Shown here: positions 26,071 to 40,466 of the stretch, one piece after another
Position numbering within the stretch: position 1 is the first letter of the stretch
Layout: every line of letters starts with the position of its first letter
From: Botryllus schlosseri
Lineage: Eukaryota
DNA length: 64,000 nucleotides
Assembly (NCBI GenBank): GCA_051294905.1
Contig: CM119386.1
Coordinates: forward strand, 9,114,001 to 9,178,000
Reading direction: 5' to 3'
The notes under the pieces: generated by a model
What the model was told of the DNA's origin: nothing
What the model saw: the letters and a program-made list of their open reading frames with translations, nothing else
The model's database searches: none
Program-made: the position numbers and the translations under genes

Positions 26071-27638
26071 GATAGGCGAGTCGAAATATCTTTATTGCCG
26101 ATGTGGAACCCGCACGTTATTTTTTGTGGTCGCGTGAAATAGTATTTAACCAGCCCTAATGATAAAGTCGCTACAGTTATTACGTAAATTATTTGCAGCA
26201 TTTACGGGAACGTTGAGATGCATGAGTGTGGTAATGGCTGATTGTGCGTGAAAGTATTTGGTAACGCGGTGTCTTAATATCAACATCACTCAAAATAACG
26301 GAAGTGTCTGCAGGATAACATGATCTTTGATCACAGATATGTCGACATGACTAAGTGGGGAAATGCCCAAATAATGTTGTTAATAGGGGTGCAATTGGTT
26401 GAGTTGTTGAACCCGAATAGACATAAATTTACTGTGCCCAATGGGGACGTCGTTGATATGTGGCAGATGCGTGATATATTTATTCACAAATTCACCCCTC
26501 AACTGCAGCTAAGCACAAGTATGGAACTATGAGTATAGTTTGATGTTCGAGTAAAATCATATTGGTCCGCACCCATCGCGTTTTTCTAGTTTTATGCCCG
26601 CATGAAACCCTCATTATGGCGTTGATGCATTCCTTCCTATTCCTCTGTGAAGTGTAAATACCATTTGCAGTCTTAATGCACGTATGATCAATTTTATGAT
26701 TCCCCGCTGTATTGCCATACCGGTCGCTAAAATACAGAGTCTCGGATCTGTTGACGAAAAACGTCGCCACGCTAATGCCGAACTGTATAAGTCCGATAGG
26801 GATTGTACTCTGCTATGGCCGTCGACCGTATTTCATCACGTTTGCGCTACTGGGATATCACAGGCTAAAGTTGTTTGCATTTTTTTATTGCTGAACTGTC
26901 GTCATACGGTATTCCATCATACGGTTTACTGTTCGAGTGAAAAGTTTGGCCGTCGTATTGCGACATCACCGTGTATTTCCCATCCGGATTATGATCATTT
27001 CAATACCCAATTCAATCTAAATTCTTCGATTCCAACAATAATTATCGGATCGGATGATTTCGAACCAGGATAAACTATGAAAATTCGGATAGCTTCGATA
27101 TCACATAGTTACCTGATCCTCGTTGGTGGCGTGGCAGTTGTTAAGATGGATACTTTTCCTGAATGCTGCTTTTCGCTATTCTACTGAAGTAGATTTGGTT
27201 TACTTTGCAAAGCATTTAGAAACATAAGTCATCACTCATCACATCCTAACAGTTCGTCCCGGTACATACGACATGAAGTGGCCACGGAAATGACCATGAA
27301 ATCATAGTCGTTTCCACCCATCAACTGTTGATTTGGATATTAGGTAATCATATGTATTCTCTACTCTCTACTCTGGGGCATTAACGTCAATCTCAGTCAA
27401 TACTACATTGTGAGTTCATGAAACCAACATTGCGATTGCTTGTTTTCGTGATACGATTGCTGCCGAATTTCAAATTTTAATTGCCTTGTAAATTCGACCA
27501 GTCCATGACGCATTTGCCGCTCCCATGTGACGGTTTGCATCTTCAATCCCTATAGGACGGCGAAATAAATCAACTCCAATATGCCAGATACCGGTCGTTG
27601 ACTTGTCACTATTTCTGGGCATTTGATTTTCGTCGCAT

Positions 27639-27877
27639 ATGATTATTTTTGTACGCTGCGCCGTTTCACGAATGTCAGACTCATTGTGGCTGTTGCTCAA
27701 TGCAACTGTGCCTGTTCGTTGTCCAGCGGCGACATTATACGCAAATTATCCCAGCATTGCCTCTAAAATGCAGTTCCAATTGCATAACATCTGGTCTGTT
27801 ACCTCGAAAACGACGTGTGTACTTGACAGCGTTGTAAAAGTGTTTATGACGTCCTCACGAAAATCTGCAACTTTGCT
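27639..27877 (+). CDS. Weak candidate first coding exon
   Basis: ATG-started 79-codon ORF ending CT|gtaaga in phase 2 (...SSRKSATLL-FDENG). No homology recognised. Confidence 0.18.
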
Positions 27878-28946
27878 GTAAGAAGTCCGACTAGCTGGCC
27901 TACCGTTTGGTGTGAATTCAACGTGTGAAGTGGTGATTGATGGACTTATCGCTTGGCAGAATGGAACTGAAAGAGGGAGATTGAAGTGGCGTTTGAGGGC
28001 TATTATTTAATATCCTGGCATGGGAAAGTACTTCGGGCAAGGTGTCGTGTTACGCGATGCGCTTTCAATACACGTCAGGCGTATGTTGTTTGTCCCGATC
28101 ATGCCAGTTATTGGCGTAGGGATGCGCGCTCACGGGTTATTGCAGAGTTCAACAATGCAAAAGGTTCAGTGTATACCAGCCCGGGGCTTGCGAACTGCTG
28201 ACCTGAATATTAAACGCCAATACCCGAATTCGAACAATGACATGCCTAAATTAGCTTCAAGTTTTATCACGGTATGCGATTAAACGTCCATAGCAGGGGT
28301 GGGAGTGAGTAATCTATATCGGGGCCGAAGCCGGGATCTGAATTTTGGGATTTCAACTAATGCTTTATATTATATTATTCGTTAGCTGAGTGGCGATTCC
28401 GCTTGATTAAAGCCTATATAGTTTTAACAAGAACCGATCCTAGGGTGCACTCGCGTCAGATCCATCGTGCGAAGCAACACCTCCATTTCGCGGGATTCCA
28501 GTGGAAGAAACGCGTACCGCCAAGAATGTGGGTAGTACATGCGCATTAATGATATGACCCTCACATAATAGTGGACATACTTTGACGTTTTAGAATATTT
28601 CCCAAGCAATCCAGTCAAGAGAATTGTATTCTGTTCGGTTCCTGATACAGTGATTTTTGAGTGTCAGATATAAATAAGTTTTGGTTATTGGGATAGGGCT
28701 TTTACGGGAGCACAAACCTTTGACATGTAGAATGCATCGTTGTGTGTGTCATGATTCTGTGTTATCAATTCTGTACATACAATCCCCTTTATTGCAACTG
28801 ACTTTAGATCGAGGGAAAACACCGGCGTTTTTCTTGCGCTACTCAGCATAGCTTGACCGCGAACGCCCTCGCGCGGCGTAAATTTTTGTGATTTTCTGTA
28901 ACTGATTGATAGCTCTTCCTATTGGGTAATTGGCGACATCAAACTC

Positions 28947-28962
28947 GCCGCCAGAGGGCAAC
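28947..28962 (+). promoter_or_regulatory. CTCF-like motif GCCGCCAGAGGGCAAC
   Basis: Close match to the CTCF core CCxCCAGxGGGCx; motif match only. Confidence 0.35.
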
Positions 28963-31674
28963 GTCTTCGTTCTTATTTTGTGTGTGGGATGATAGCGAGC
29001 GGGAGAAGGATCAAGATAGGCATCCTGCGGTATTACGGTTTACAAATTGTAGAAATTGTTGGACCTGTGGATTTTAGCAGATTTCCATTAGCAAAATCTA
29101 CTGAAGTAGCAGTATGTCGCTTCTTTCTTTTGACACTAACGATGCCAGGTGAATGTTGCCCCAAAGCATCAGCATGATATGCAGCTTCATATCCTCCGAT
29201 GATATGAAAATGATGGGAATTTACGTGTTCTATATATTTTTGACCTCAACAAAATCAGTCCATTGGACGCACCACACATATTTGAACTTGGTTCGGTGAA
29301 GACCATGTGTCGTGACTTCGAACCTCATAAAGAAGTTAGACTGCTGTTTCGGTTTGCCTGTTACCACTGACGACAGAACATGCAACAGCGGTCTACATGC
29401 TGTGTCGCGTTAGATCGCCGCGTGCCAAACGGTATCTTTGTTGTGTATGATACCCGATGAAATACACTGTGATATAGCATGACCCTAAGTGTCATTGCTT
29501 CACAGGAAAGTCATTCAAATAAGGTACAAGGGTTTATGTCAAACATAGTTGAGGGGATTTTACTGCCATTGAGTAAGCAGAGTATGTTTGGGGAGTGATA
29601 AAATTCTCTGGCGGTCTCGTTATTCTGTTTAGGAATTCGGATGACGTTGATAATTTTCCGTGCGGTTTTGATGATCTGCGTGATTAGTGTTTGATTTGCG
29701 AAGGCGTCAATGATTGTTGTGTTCTCTGTTCTACAGTAGCAGCCATCCCGAAAGACGGCCAAGCTCGTATTATGACTGAGAACCAGCTGAGATTTCGATC
29801 TGCGAATAGTTGGAGGTTTACCATAAAATGTTATCCACTGACGACTCCTGGGGGATTAGCGTGTTCCTTCGTTTGTTGCGCAATAATGGTTTTAAGGTCA
29901 CCTGGCTTTCACAGGAGGTCGGGACATGTTTTGATGGACGTTGTTCGTTGTGTATGTTGTAGTCGTGCAGTGCTCGTTATGTGGTGTTGTTACAGACTAA
30001 TGCGAAGTCTGATATCGGTGTTCTAGTGTGGGCTGTGTATGATGGCAAATAGATATTGAACTTGAACTAAGGTGGGTTAGTTAGTAGGGAATGATTGAAT
30101 TTTGCGGGCCACTATTGCATTCTGGCATCAGACTTGCATGACGCTATAAAGACCATAATTCTGCTCAACGGTATAGGCCAAGATGAGTGTTTGATTGATA
30201 GACTATTGAATGCGCGTAGTCGTTACGACACCCTCATATCTGTTAATTGTATCACATTGTACGCTGTGTGTCTTGAGTAGATAATGTTTAGTACCTCTAG
30301 TTATGGTTCCGGTTTACATCGCATTTTTTCGTGTATTCCATTCTGTCACGCGGTAAAACTGGCTAATTTGAAGCTTGCGATATTGCTCAGCGTGAAATGC
30401 AGTGACATTCATCGGACCCGTAGCGAAATCAACGAAGACTTGAATAGGTTGATGTTAATAGCATTCCGGTCGGTGTTTTGAAATGAATGATGCATATCAG
30501 AGTTTGTGTTGGGAATTTGCCGATTCCACCCGGTGTAAACAGACGGTAATCGCACTCGCACGGGTTTTGATTACCTGATGGAATGGCCACGCCCGTGTTG
30601 ACGTTATGCACTTACCAGATAACCTATTTATGCGCGTGGGTGCAAATCCTGACGACATAGAAAATCACTTGTCAATAGTAGCCCATCGCAATGCTCGAAA
30701 CGGACCAGGAAATCTCTGGTGATACATTAGTACGTGCATCGTTACTAAGTAGTAGTTCACATTGAGGAAACCGGTGACTATAACACAAACAATCAGCGCA
30801 GGATGCATAAAGTGTGCCTCAAAATGTAATGGCACGCTGTCTGGTATATTCAATACACTGTGCGGATATACTATACATTCTCGCCACGCGTTTTTGTAGA
30901 CATATCCGTGAAGGCTCACATTTTCGGGTACTTGGCGCGCAGGGGTCTATGATGTGATTTCGAAAAATATATTATATCGGTTGATCGACTAGTCTTCCAC
31001 TCTTGCGATAGATATGTTTTGCTTCTTAGCTACGCTCGTAATAAATTGATAATTAATTCATGACACGACCGACCTTGTTTATCTATTTGAAATCTCCCGT
31101 ATTCTTGCGCAGAGTATTTGCGGCTATCGGCGCTATTTACTCATATCATCCAAATTCCAAATTACCCTACCGAGCCTTGAACATGTTGGTTTGAAAACCC
31201 TTCGGTCACCGCCCTATGCACGTATATACGGTCTGCTATGTATCTTACAAAATCATCCTTCTTGCGACCTCGCGCTCGAGAGACAGGTGTTCCCTCGACG
31301 GTGCTGTCCGTTAAAAATGATAATGCGTATTGTATCTACTGCTCACGTTTGATATTTATTTCAAGACACTTCATTTATTGACCTAGCATTGATAGCCGAC
31401 GTCAGTATGATGTTTACCCTCGCGTTTTATGTTGTATAGAATCATACACTATCCCGCAGGCGTCCTAGTACCGACATCGCTTAGCAAATCAATAAGGCAG
31501 GCGCGCTCGGTTTACTACGCGTTGTTAGCGCTGCCGTGAAGTCAGGTAGTTCGTTTATAATCCACTACCCATTCTCAAGACCCGATTTGATGGAGTAAAC
31601 TAGTGATAAAACGGACCGCTGGTACAAAGTTTATTTATTGGTTGGTTGTGCGATCTGCGTAGTGCAGTGGAGTG

Positions 31675-31928
31675 ATGTCAGATACTGACCATTGCCAGTT
31701 TTGCGAATCCTGCTGGTGTATTCCAACATATATGATTAAACTTCAATCAGGACTAGGCCGTGTCATGCCATTGAACCACGACATAAGCACTTGCAATGGA
31801 TACACTACCCCAATGTCGTTGCCTATTCCAATACCTGGTAGGCGTGGATTACTCGATATGCAGGATATTGCGAATCGCACTTTTCCGAGCAGCCAAAGGA
31901 AAGGTTCGATAAAGCTGAGACCTTATCG
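31675..31928 (+). CDS. PDE4: Candidate PDE4 alternative first coding exon (MSDTDHCQFCESC...QRKGSIKLRPYR)
   Basis: ATG, 84 codons + 2 nt, near-consensus donor TCG|gtgagt in phase 2. Contains an RKGS PKA-type motif and a PMSLPIPIP segment. CpG-rich upstream sequence. Confidence 0.55.
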
Positions 31929-34900
31929 GTGAGTACACCAGCAAGTTCTGTGACAATAACCGTGATATTACATCACATAATGTGCTCAAATGGTTTATGT
32001 TGATGTGTAAAGAGAGAAGTGAGACTATTTATTAGGTATGCTTGTCTTCTATTGAGAAACTTGAAAATTCTTTTTCTTCTCTCGCATTGTAGATATCCGA
32101 ACTTGCGTCAGCGGCGCTATCCAAAACTGCGTTAATATCGGACCGAAATTTAAACTTTGTGGTTTTAGCCTGTTATGTGCGGGCTATGTGATTCCGAGTC
32201 GAGCATAGATACGCGCCAATAATCCCTTATCGGCCGTGACAAGCACATCCTGGTTCATTGTTTAGAAGTCTATTCGGATACGGACCGATCGCGGTGTGGC
32301 GAGAAATCGCCATCGCTAGCGATTCCTGTGCGCTTTGTTACCCCCGTTTACAAAGAAATCATTGACTTTAGGATCACATCGTTACAAAACTATTGAGACA
32401 ATGTGCGTCGTCCGTAAGCTTTTGGGAGCTGATTTTCACTTACAGATCGGAATTATTATTGGTAGTTTCCCTTTAATTGACAGCATCGATACTGGTGAAG
32501 TTTGCTTTGTTGCCTCGGATTGGGCATTTGCGTCGCTCACTGGTAAAATCGATATGCTGATATCATATGTGTGTGGCCGGGTCTTTATGATAAGTATGTT
32601 TTCTGTGGGATATACTTTTAAGTGGGTAATCCATCCGGAGTGTGGTATTTGCGGTAGTTGCTATTGCACGGGACATATATAGCGTCGGTATTCCGTGAAA
32701 ACCACCATGTTCCAACGATGTACTGCGTATCAATTTTCTGTATTTGAAGTTTATGCTGTTGATATCATCAATTTTTCATGGTCTCCGAGATAAAAAGAGA
32801 GTATATACGGAAATTGAATTAGTAGGTGTAGCTCACCGAATCCCGTTCATCTAATATGCATTTCCTACTTCAAGATTCTGTTTTCGGAATTGTCAGGTTT
32901 TAGTAAATTTCAAAGGCGAAGAAAGCGATTGTGCGGCTGGGATTATGCGAATTAGTATAATTTATGAAGATTTTGTTCGAATCCTACGGTAGATATGATA
33001 ATGCGTATCGATTTCGTAGCTGTGAAACGTTCCAAGACAAAAATTTGAAGCTTGGCGATGGTTGCAATTATCTGATGCGGTCTTATAAACGCGGGTTACT
33101 TTCAAATGATATCAAATTTTTGTGGAACTGTGATCAGTCAGCTGATAGCATTGAATTCGGCAGCTGTGCGAATGGTTTCTTGCCGAGCACGCAGGCAAAT
33201 GATCGCATTCCATTGCAAACTCACTATGAATATTGGTTGCGGCTAATCCGTCGTAGTTTTGAAATGCGTTATATCGTATGAATTGTACTAGCTTTATTGC
33301 GGACGTATATGATATTGTAATTGACGTGTTTTCTAGCAGCCTATACCAACGTGGAACGAAGCCGCGCCGTGTGTTAGTCAGATAGATTCCTAGTCCATTC
33401 ATATGTAATGAGTGAAATTATCGTAGCGGTTGAGTCGTTACTTAAGGTTTGAGGAAGGATGATATGGATAAATACTGTTCAATATGAATATACTATTAAA
33501 TTGTATATTGAAGTTCTGTACCTCCAAGAAGCTCTTTAAATATTGTTCAGAAGCTGTGGTTGCGTACGATGATGTAATATGCACCGATTCCGGATTTTAA
33601 CATACGGTGAAACCCGAGTTGTGCAGGATATATAAACAACACTATACCGCCATGGCATGAGGACTTCTTTTCTCGAAATGCCTGTGCGCGATTGCCTGTG
33701 TTGAGGTGCACTTGAGCGTGAAGCGTCATGTAACAATGCTCCACAATGCCGAATTTATTGCACTGCACACGGTAGATTAGCGCCACAGTAATGATACCCG
33801 GAAATAGAGGAGATAGAGTATGGTAGCCGCATCACGTTTGATCGTGTCATCTAATGCATAGTTTACGGGCTGGCGTATTTGCGTTTTGCCAATCATAAGC
33901 GCGCGTCGATTTTACCTAGAAAGGGAAGGTATATTTTTCTGTAATGGAGGGTCGCTGTTACTGCCGTAACTGCAGTGTATGCGTGTGTACTTAGCTGTAC
34001 ATGTTCCGAATATTGCGTATAGTTTAGGAAACTGATAGCATGTCATAACGAGTGGGCAATCTGGGCATGTCAGTATGATCACCTCATTTGTATCGGCTCA
34101 TGACTGAGGAAGTTTGTTCGCTCGAGTGATGTGCTGGTTTGGTTTAGTTCGGAAGGCCTACTGGGCTCTAACCAGCGTTTCGTGTCCTGCATTTTCGGTG
34201 ATGGACTTGCGTAGTGATACAATGACCTAGTGCAGCACAGTCATCGGGTTGTCTCATTGTAGTGTAAGCTGTCAAACTAGAGAAAGCCGCTAGCAATGCG
34301 CCAATTACGTCATCCACCTTTATTCTGTCCATAACTTATTTCCCGATGTCAACTCTCATTCATACATAGCGCGTCGCGGTTCTTGAATAAGTCGCGCGTG
34401 AGCATTAGATCGAGCAAACAGTGTAGCGTGTTGCCACGGAGTTCTATAAACGGTTCCAAATTTTTCCTTTTCGAAATGCGTAAGACAGGCCTTCCTATGT
34501 CTGGCGGTATGGATAACATGCAAGCAAAGAGACGCAGACCTCCGTCTGCCATGAAAACAGGCAGAACATTCCAACCTACGGCGTTCACTTTCAGGTATTC
34601 GTTTGCTTGTGACATAGCTCGTTTAATATCTGTATCCCGAATCATCAGATCTTTATGTGCTGAAAATCTCAAAATTCAATATGTGTTCAATGTACATTGT
34701 ACAGTACATGCACGACGGTACGTACGTACATTCGTGGTAGGTGATATCCATAATCTAGGTGTAACTGGCACTTCATATCTAGAAGGTGCCTGGGTACGAT
34801 GTCACAAGTACCCGGCGTACAGTACTGTATATGTGTAACAATTGGTACTTTTAATGATCTGTGTGTATGCGCTAGGTAGAAAATTGCGTGCATATAGTAG

Positions 34901-37020
34901 GCACAGTGAATAAGGAAGTTGTGAGCAGTATTTGTTTGCCAGGAACGTATCCGGTATTGCGCTTCCGGTTTTCATCAACTCGCCTAACAGCAAATGACTA
35001 CCATATTCATAGCATTGGGTTAAGTTGGCGATGTGAAATATGCCTCGGCGAAAGTCGGTAAAAGCGACCGGATATCCATCTCATTAGCCACGATTTGCCT
35101 TCGTTGCCATTAGCGTTGAAATGTCTCCCCTGGACCTGTTTATGAAACGTATGAACAAAACATATATAAGTGGTATTCAAGCTTACTCTTCCGCCTAACA
35201 ACCGAACCAGTTGCATCTTTCTGAAACATATCTCGGGGACGCGGCCTCATCAATTTTTAAGCGATTTCAACATTTGTCGCTTTGTGCTGCACAGTGCACA
35301 CGCCTCGACGGCGGACCGTATGCCTTTGTTAGACGCTTCGCTGCATTTGCAATATTTATGTATGTAGTCGGGCCTGCCAGATTTTGCCAGTATCACTGGC
35401 AGATTGCTCTCTTCGCATACACAGGAAGTACCTAACTTGAGCGCTTTGCTTATTCTGGACACTTTCCCGGGGTTATGATGGAGCATATGCGGTTCGCATC
35501 AGCATACCCACGAAAAAGAGCTGTCATTTCTGTCTTGCTGATAAACGGGGCGTTAATTATGTCAAGAACATATGCTGGTCATGACGCGCGGCCTTCGTCG
35601 CAATGGAGAAGGGGTAACGACTACCACTTGTCTGTACCCGCCTCGATTCCATTTCACTATATCGGAGGCATTGCCAAGGTCTCGTTAACCACTAGTGGAG
35701 ACTTAATTTCATAGTCCCAGTAGCCTCCAAAGCTATCAGTACCTGTTTTCGCCGTTGCGTACTATACGAGGGATGAAATGTCTTACCAATAAGTTGGATT
35801 CAATCAAGATTTTGAATGTCTGAATTGCTATAGTGATAGTCGAATTTCACAGTTCTGTACTTCTGTGTCATATTGATAAGGGACTGAACGTATTTGCAGA
35901 TGCGCGCGACGGTGCCATCAGTACGCTGCGAGGCCTGCTTGGTTGGAATGTTTTTGATGGTTACCACCTGCCCAGATTGAGGACTGTATACTCAAGCTCG
36001 TGCTCAGTCTACCTAAAGAACGTTAATAAGTTAGCATACTTCGATAAGGCATCAGCATTATGTTGATGCCTTATGATCTCATTTGCTCATCAGTTATATC
36101 CGAAGTCAACTCATTACGTCACCCGTCTTCATTCGTCGCATGACAAGATAAATTCTTACCCTTGTTCAGAATACATAGAGTAAAAATAGAGATAAAAATA
36201 GCAATAATGCAATTCCGTCCCCATCAGATATTTTCGACTGCAACTGCAAGTGCGACTGTCCCCGTCCCCATTATGGCCGAATAGCCGTGCGAAAAATGGA
36301 TGTCGTGCTTGTCCTGATCAAGACACGTTCGAAATCCCAAACACTTCGTAAATTTCGATACGCAAACACAGTTAATTAGATGCGGTTCGGATCATTGTTA
36401 TGTTTATATAATACTTGCGCGTAACTCCCAAATATATAAACCTAAGAGCGCACGTTCGTCTCTCTGCCTATACTGCCATTCTTGAGGGGAATCCCTTTAG
36501 TAAGTATTAATTAATCATTTTGCTGACGTAATGAGTAGTGAATACGATTCCGAAATATCATTGCAGTGTTAGTATTGAGTCACTACTTCGAGTCACAAGT
36601 GATTTCGAGTCGACCCTAGTCCACCAAAAATTTCCACTCGGTGTTGTTTGATTTAATGTGCAGATGTAGATGCAAGACTGCTAGACCTCTCCAAACGTAT
36701 TTAACTTGTCATTTCGTTTGTAATACTATGAATAATTACTAATAATATAAATACAATCAATAATTTAGTAATACGATAGGCGTCGTGTGTTATTTATTTA
36801 TGCCGCTGTGAATTCTGCTCACTTGATATACTCCATGCTGAATAACAGTGGAGTATATTTCAATTGAAGTGACGTTTATTGACTGAAATGGTGCATGAGG
36901 GGCGAAGTCAGCACAACCAAACTATGTGCTTGTACGTACATTGTACAATATAATTCGTACATGCGTGTATTTAAACATGTGTGATATGCAGATGTTCAGA
37001 TACGCAGATACTCAGTAGTA

Positions 37021-37064
37021 AAAGCTCCACACAAACGATACCAAAGCTCCACACAAACGATACC
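37021..37064. repeat. Perfect 22-bp tandem duplication
   Basis: AAAGCTCCACACAAACGATACC x2. Confidence 0.9.
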
Positions 37065-37365
37065 AATTGAACAAATTGGTGCATGTTGTTTGTAATGAAC
37101 CATAATGCCAGTCAAACCCAGTATGAAGGCAGTTTACGGGATACCGGAGCTATTTTGTATGCTATATCGCGGCTAACGGAACTAACCATATCGAAAACGT
37201 AAATGGAATCCTATAAATAAAGGATTGGTATTGATGACGTGTTATCTCTCGTATGGCGGAGAGGTTCGGAATGCTTTGCGAAGTAGAATATTTGATGACT
37301 TGGAACTTGAATTGAAAACATGTCCCCGAGTCACTAGTCCTTCCACATTTGTCGTACCACTCTGT

Positions 37366-37410
37366 CTCAATTCACCTCATTACTCACTGGCTCAATTCAC
37401 CTCATTACTC
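37366..37410. repeat. 20-bp direct repeat with 25-bp period
   Basis: CTCAATTCACCTCATTACTC at 37366 and 37391. Confidence 0.85.
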
Positions 37411-38131
37411 GAGTGACTGTCTTGAATCAAGTCATTCCAACCTGGATATTGGCCACATGGTATGCACCCAACATGGAATGCTAAATCTACCTGCATCGTA
37501 TGTAGATATAAGTTCTAATTTGCTTAGATTATTTCGCTTATTTGCTGTATATAAAGTTACTTTTAGACCGTATAATTCTACCTTAAATTTACCCCGACGG
37601 ACTGCAGGTCTGCTTCATGGAAATGCAATTAAGACAAGTCCACGTAAGATAAATGGCAAGTAACGGTCTCTTGGGTTTATTATCGATCCGGACTGTGTGG
37701 TTCTTCCGCGATCCTGAAATAGCAGCACGAGACTTCGCATCGGAATGGCGAAGTATTTGGGTTGTTGTGTGCAGATCTTCTGTATATGCACGCGGAATTG
37801 CCCGAAGACACGGGTTTGATTATGCCGACTTGGTGTTGTGGAATGCTGTTGGCACGCCACGTGACGGGGTCTGGCTTTCGCTAAAATGTTTATTTGTAAT
37901 TATTTGACGACCACTACGCTGGGCCATATGTTTACCTAAGGTGGTGTAAGACAGCGTCATTTGGAAGTTTATTCGTGAATGTGCGTCTTGTATGTTGAAG
38001 GATTTATTGATACAGTCAGTTGGCCTGCAGTAACCACTGCGATACCCTAATAGTAACTGTTCTCAGGTAGCCTGGTGTACGTGAATATGATTTACTGAAA
38101 GGGTGTGCTGTGGAATAGAACCGATAATCCT

Positions 38132-38394
38132 ATGTCTGGTCGTAAAGAGTCGACACGCGATAGCTTCGCATTGAACCTACTGCCTTCAAAAATTCGCTTT
38201 CGGTGTCCTGAATGCCAGCACTCGACTTTGAAGTGCGTGTTCTGTCACGCTAAGTGCCTAAACCTTACGAGTGCGGCCGTTCGAGCGGGAATATGCCGTC
38301 GAAATATTGTCGAAGTTGTCCAGCTCCGGAACAATGGCTCCATTTCAAGCGACTATGTTTGCAAAGTTTTAATCTTTTCGTTTGAAAGACCGTC
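38132..38394 (+). CDS. Candidate PDE4 alternative first coding exon, Cys-rich
   Basis: ATG, 87 codons + TC|gtaagt (phase 2). MSGRKES start and CPEC...CVFC...C motif. No homology recognised. Confidence 0.35.
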
Positions 38395-39936
38395 GTAAGT
38401 CTAATCCGTTGAGACAGCGGCCCGTGTTGCTACGTCAACTGAAGCTATAGTCTATAATCAGGTAGAAAACAGACCGATGACCGCAGTACAGTATTCCATA
38501 AATTTATGTTTTAGTTTGTCGGATTGGTGATATTTGGTAGAGCTTGAGCACTCCAGTAGTCGTGTGGTGACAGTTCAATGGGTGTCCGTTCCCCATGCTT
38601 TATGTGCACGATTCAAGATGCCTTTGCCGTAGCATCAAGATGAAGCTATCAACTGCAGGCAGCACGAAGTTTTGAGGCAGCATTAGAACTGAGGTATTCT
38701 TATCAGTTTTGACATACTGTATAATGGGAAGTGAAGAAGCTGTCTTGCAGTTCATTTTATTAAAATACCAGGATACATGCTTCCTGGTCGCGTCAGAGCA
38801 ATGACATCACGTCAGTGCGGTTAGATTTTCCTCCAATAAAAATGACATAGAGTTAGTAGTTGGTGTCAAATGCGTAGCATCAGCGCATGTGTATTTTCGG
38901 CTCCGTAGACGGGATTAATTGCGTTTTGATGTTCGTACTGATACGACTTCGTGCCAGTCCTTGATTTCGACACAGTAGTTCTCTATATCTTCCTTGACAT
39001 TCAGAAGGGTTTCTCATTAATTGGATTCGCAACATATGTCGTGCTTCCGATGGTCCTGAAGAATAGACGACACAACAATTTGACTTGTTCGCTCAATTTT
39101 TCTTCGCATTATTCTTGCCAACAAGCAACCTCAGATTTTACTCGTCTGGAACTATGTATGAACCTTTTGTTTCATTGCGCCTACATGTGGAAACCAGTCA
39201 CGAACAGGCTACTTGCGGCTCACGTTCTCATTGCAAATGCTGCTCGTCCTTATCTACGAACTGATCCGCTTATCAGCGAAGCCACGAATTCCCTCCATGC
39301 CGTTTCTGAACCGTAGCCGTTATTTCCAACCTCTCATGGGATGCCACCGCTATTTATACAACGTAATCTCCTAGATGACAGCTCCTACGCAAGCAGTTAG
39401 TGTTCCCCGCGACAAGACATTCGCGTATCGCTAGCATTTCTCGCGCGACTGGGTCTCCGCCAGATTCGCGAAGGTGATCACTGGAAGTTACTCACAGCAT
39501 TGTATGAAACCTTGTCTCGTGGACAGTTCTAGATGCAATCTGCCGTCAGGAAGTGATAGATACTGTGGGGTTTGCAAGTTCTATGGTATTTGTGGTAGAA
39601 AATCCTCACTGTTGGCTTCATAATCCTGACAATTGTCTTTATTATTCGACTTTCTCACCCCAATGACGCAGTGCAGTTGTCCGTATTATTGCAGACGTTT
39701 CACGTGTACTTTGGCGTAAACGTGTGGTCGTTGAACATGCTTGGCTCATACCTGTTAGCAATACTTATTACAGGTTCAGTACATTGTTTGAACGGTTGTC
39801 TTGTGTAGCAAATTATGGACTATTCTCGTATATTTACTACTAGTACGTAAGGAAACGGCAGTATTAGTCGTTCGAATATGGTTGGTTTTTGAAGAACTCT
39901 CGAATCGCGTTGGTAGTCGTTGAGCTTGTAGCAATT

Positions 39937-40466
39937 ATGGATATGTCCAACGCAATAGCAACCACCGGAGCGCGCATTAGAAGTTCCTCATTTGGTGCAG
40001 GGTCTAAGACCGGTTCTCCCCCGATCGCGAAAAAGCACTTTCCGGTCAGGCGATTACATAGTTTAACGGAACACAAAGAACTGGTCACCGATCCCAAGTA
40101 TGAGAACCTCGTCCTGAAAATACCCATCACCCCGCTCTGTATCCAACCGGTCATAAGAAACCCGTCGGGCTCCTGCAATCAAGACACGCCCAGCGAAGAA
40201 CTCAACCCAGCCCATGAGTCGAATAGCAACGTCAAGCACGCGCAGCAAAGGAACACGTCTGACGCGGCGATGTCGGCCGACAACAGCCTCGAAATGCAGC
40301 CGTACCTGTTGGGAAAGCCTCCCGAGTCGCCTCTTAGGAAGTCCCTGGCGCTATGGGACGAGAAGGATAAATTCGATCAGGGGCTGAGCGTGGCCCACCA
40401 GCAGTGCCGGAGGAACTTCAGAAGTCGCTGCTCCCTCCCGTCGATATTTTTCGGCGAGCGACATAG
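39937..40466 (+). CDS. PDE4: PDE4 alternative first coding exon C (long isoform, PDE4D4/PDE4A4-like end)
   Basis: First in-frame ATG at 39937, 176 codons + AG|gtattg (phase 2), GC-rich coding-like composition. The end RSRCSLPSIFFGERH-S-FDENG aligns with recalled PDE4D4 [21 protein letters not shown]. Confidence 0.85.
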
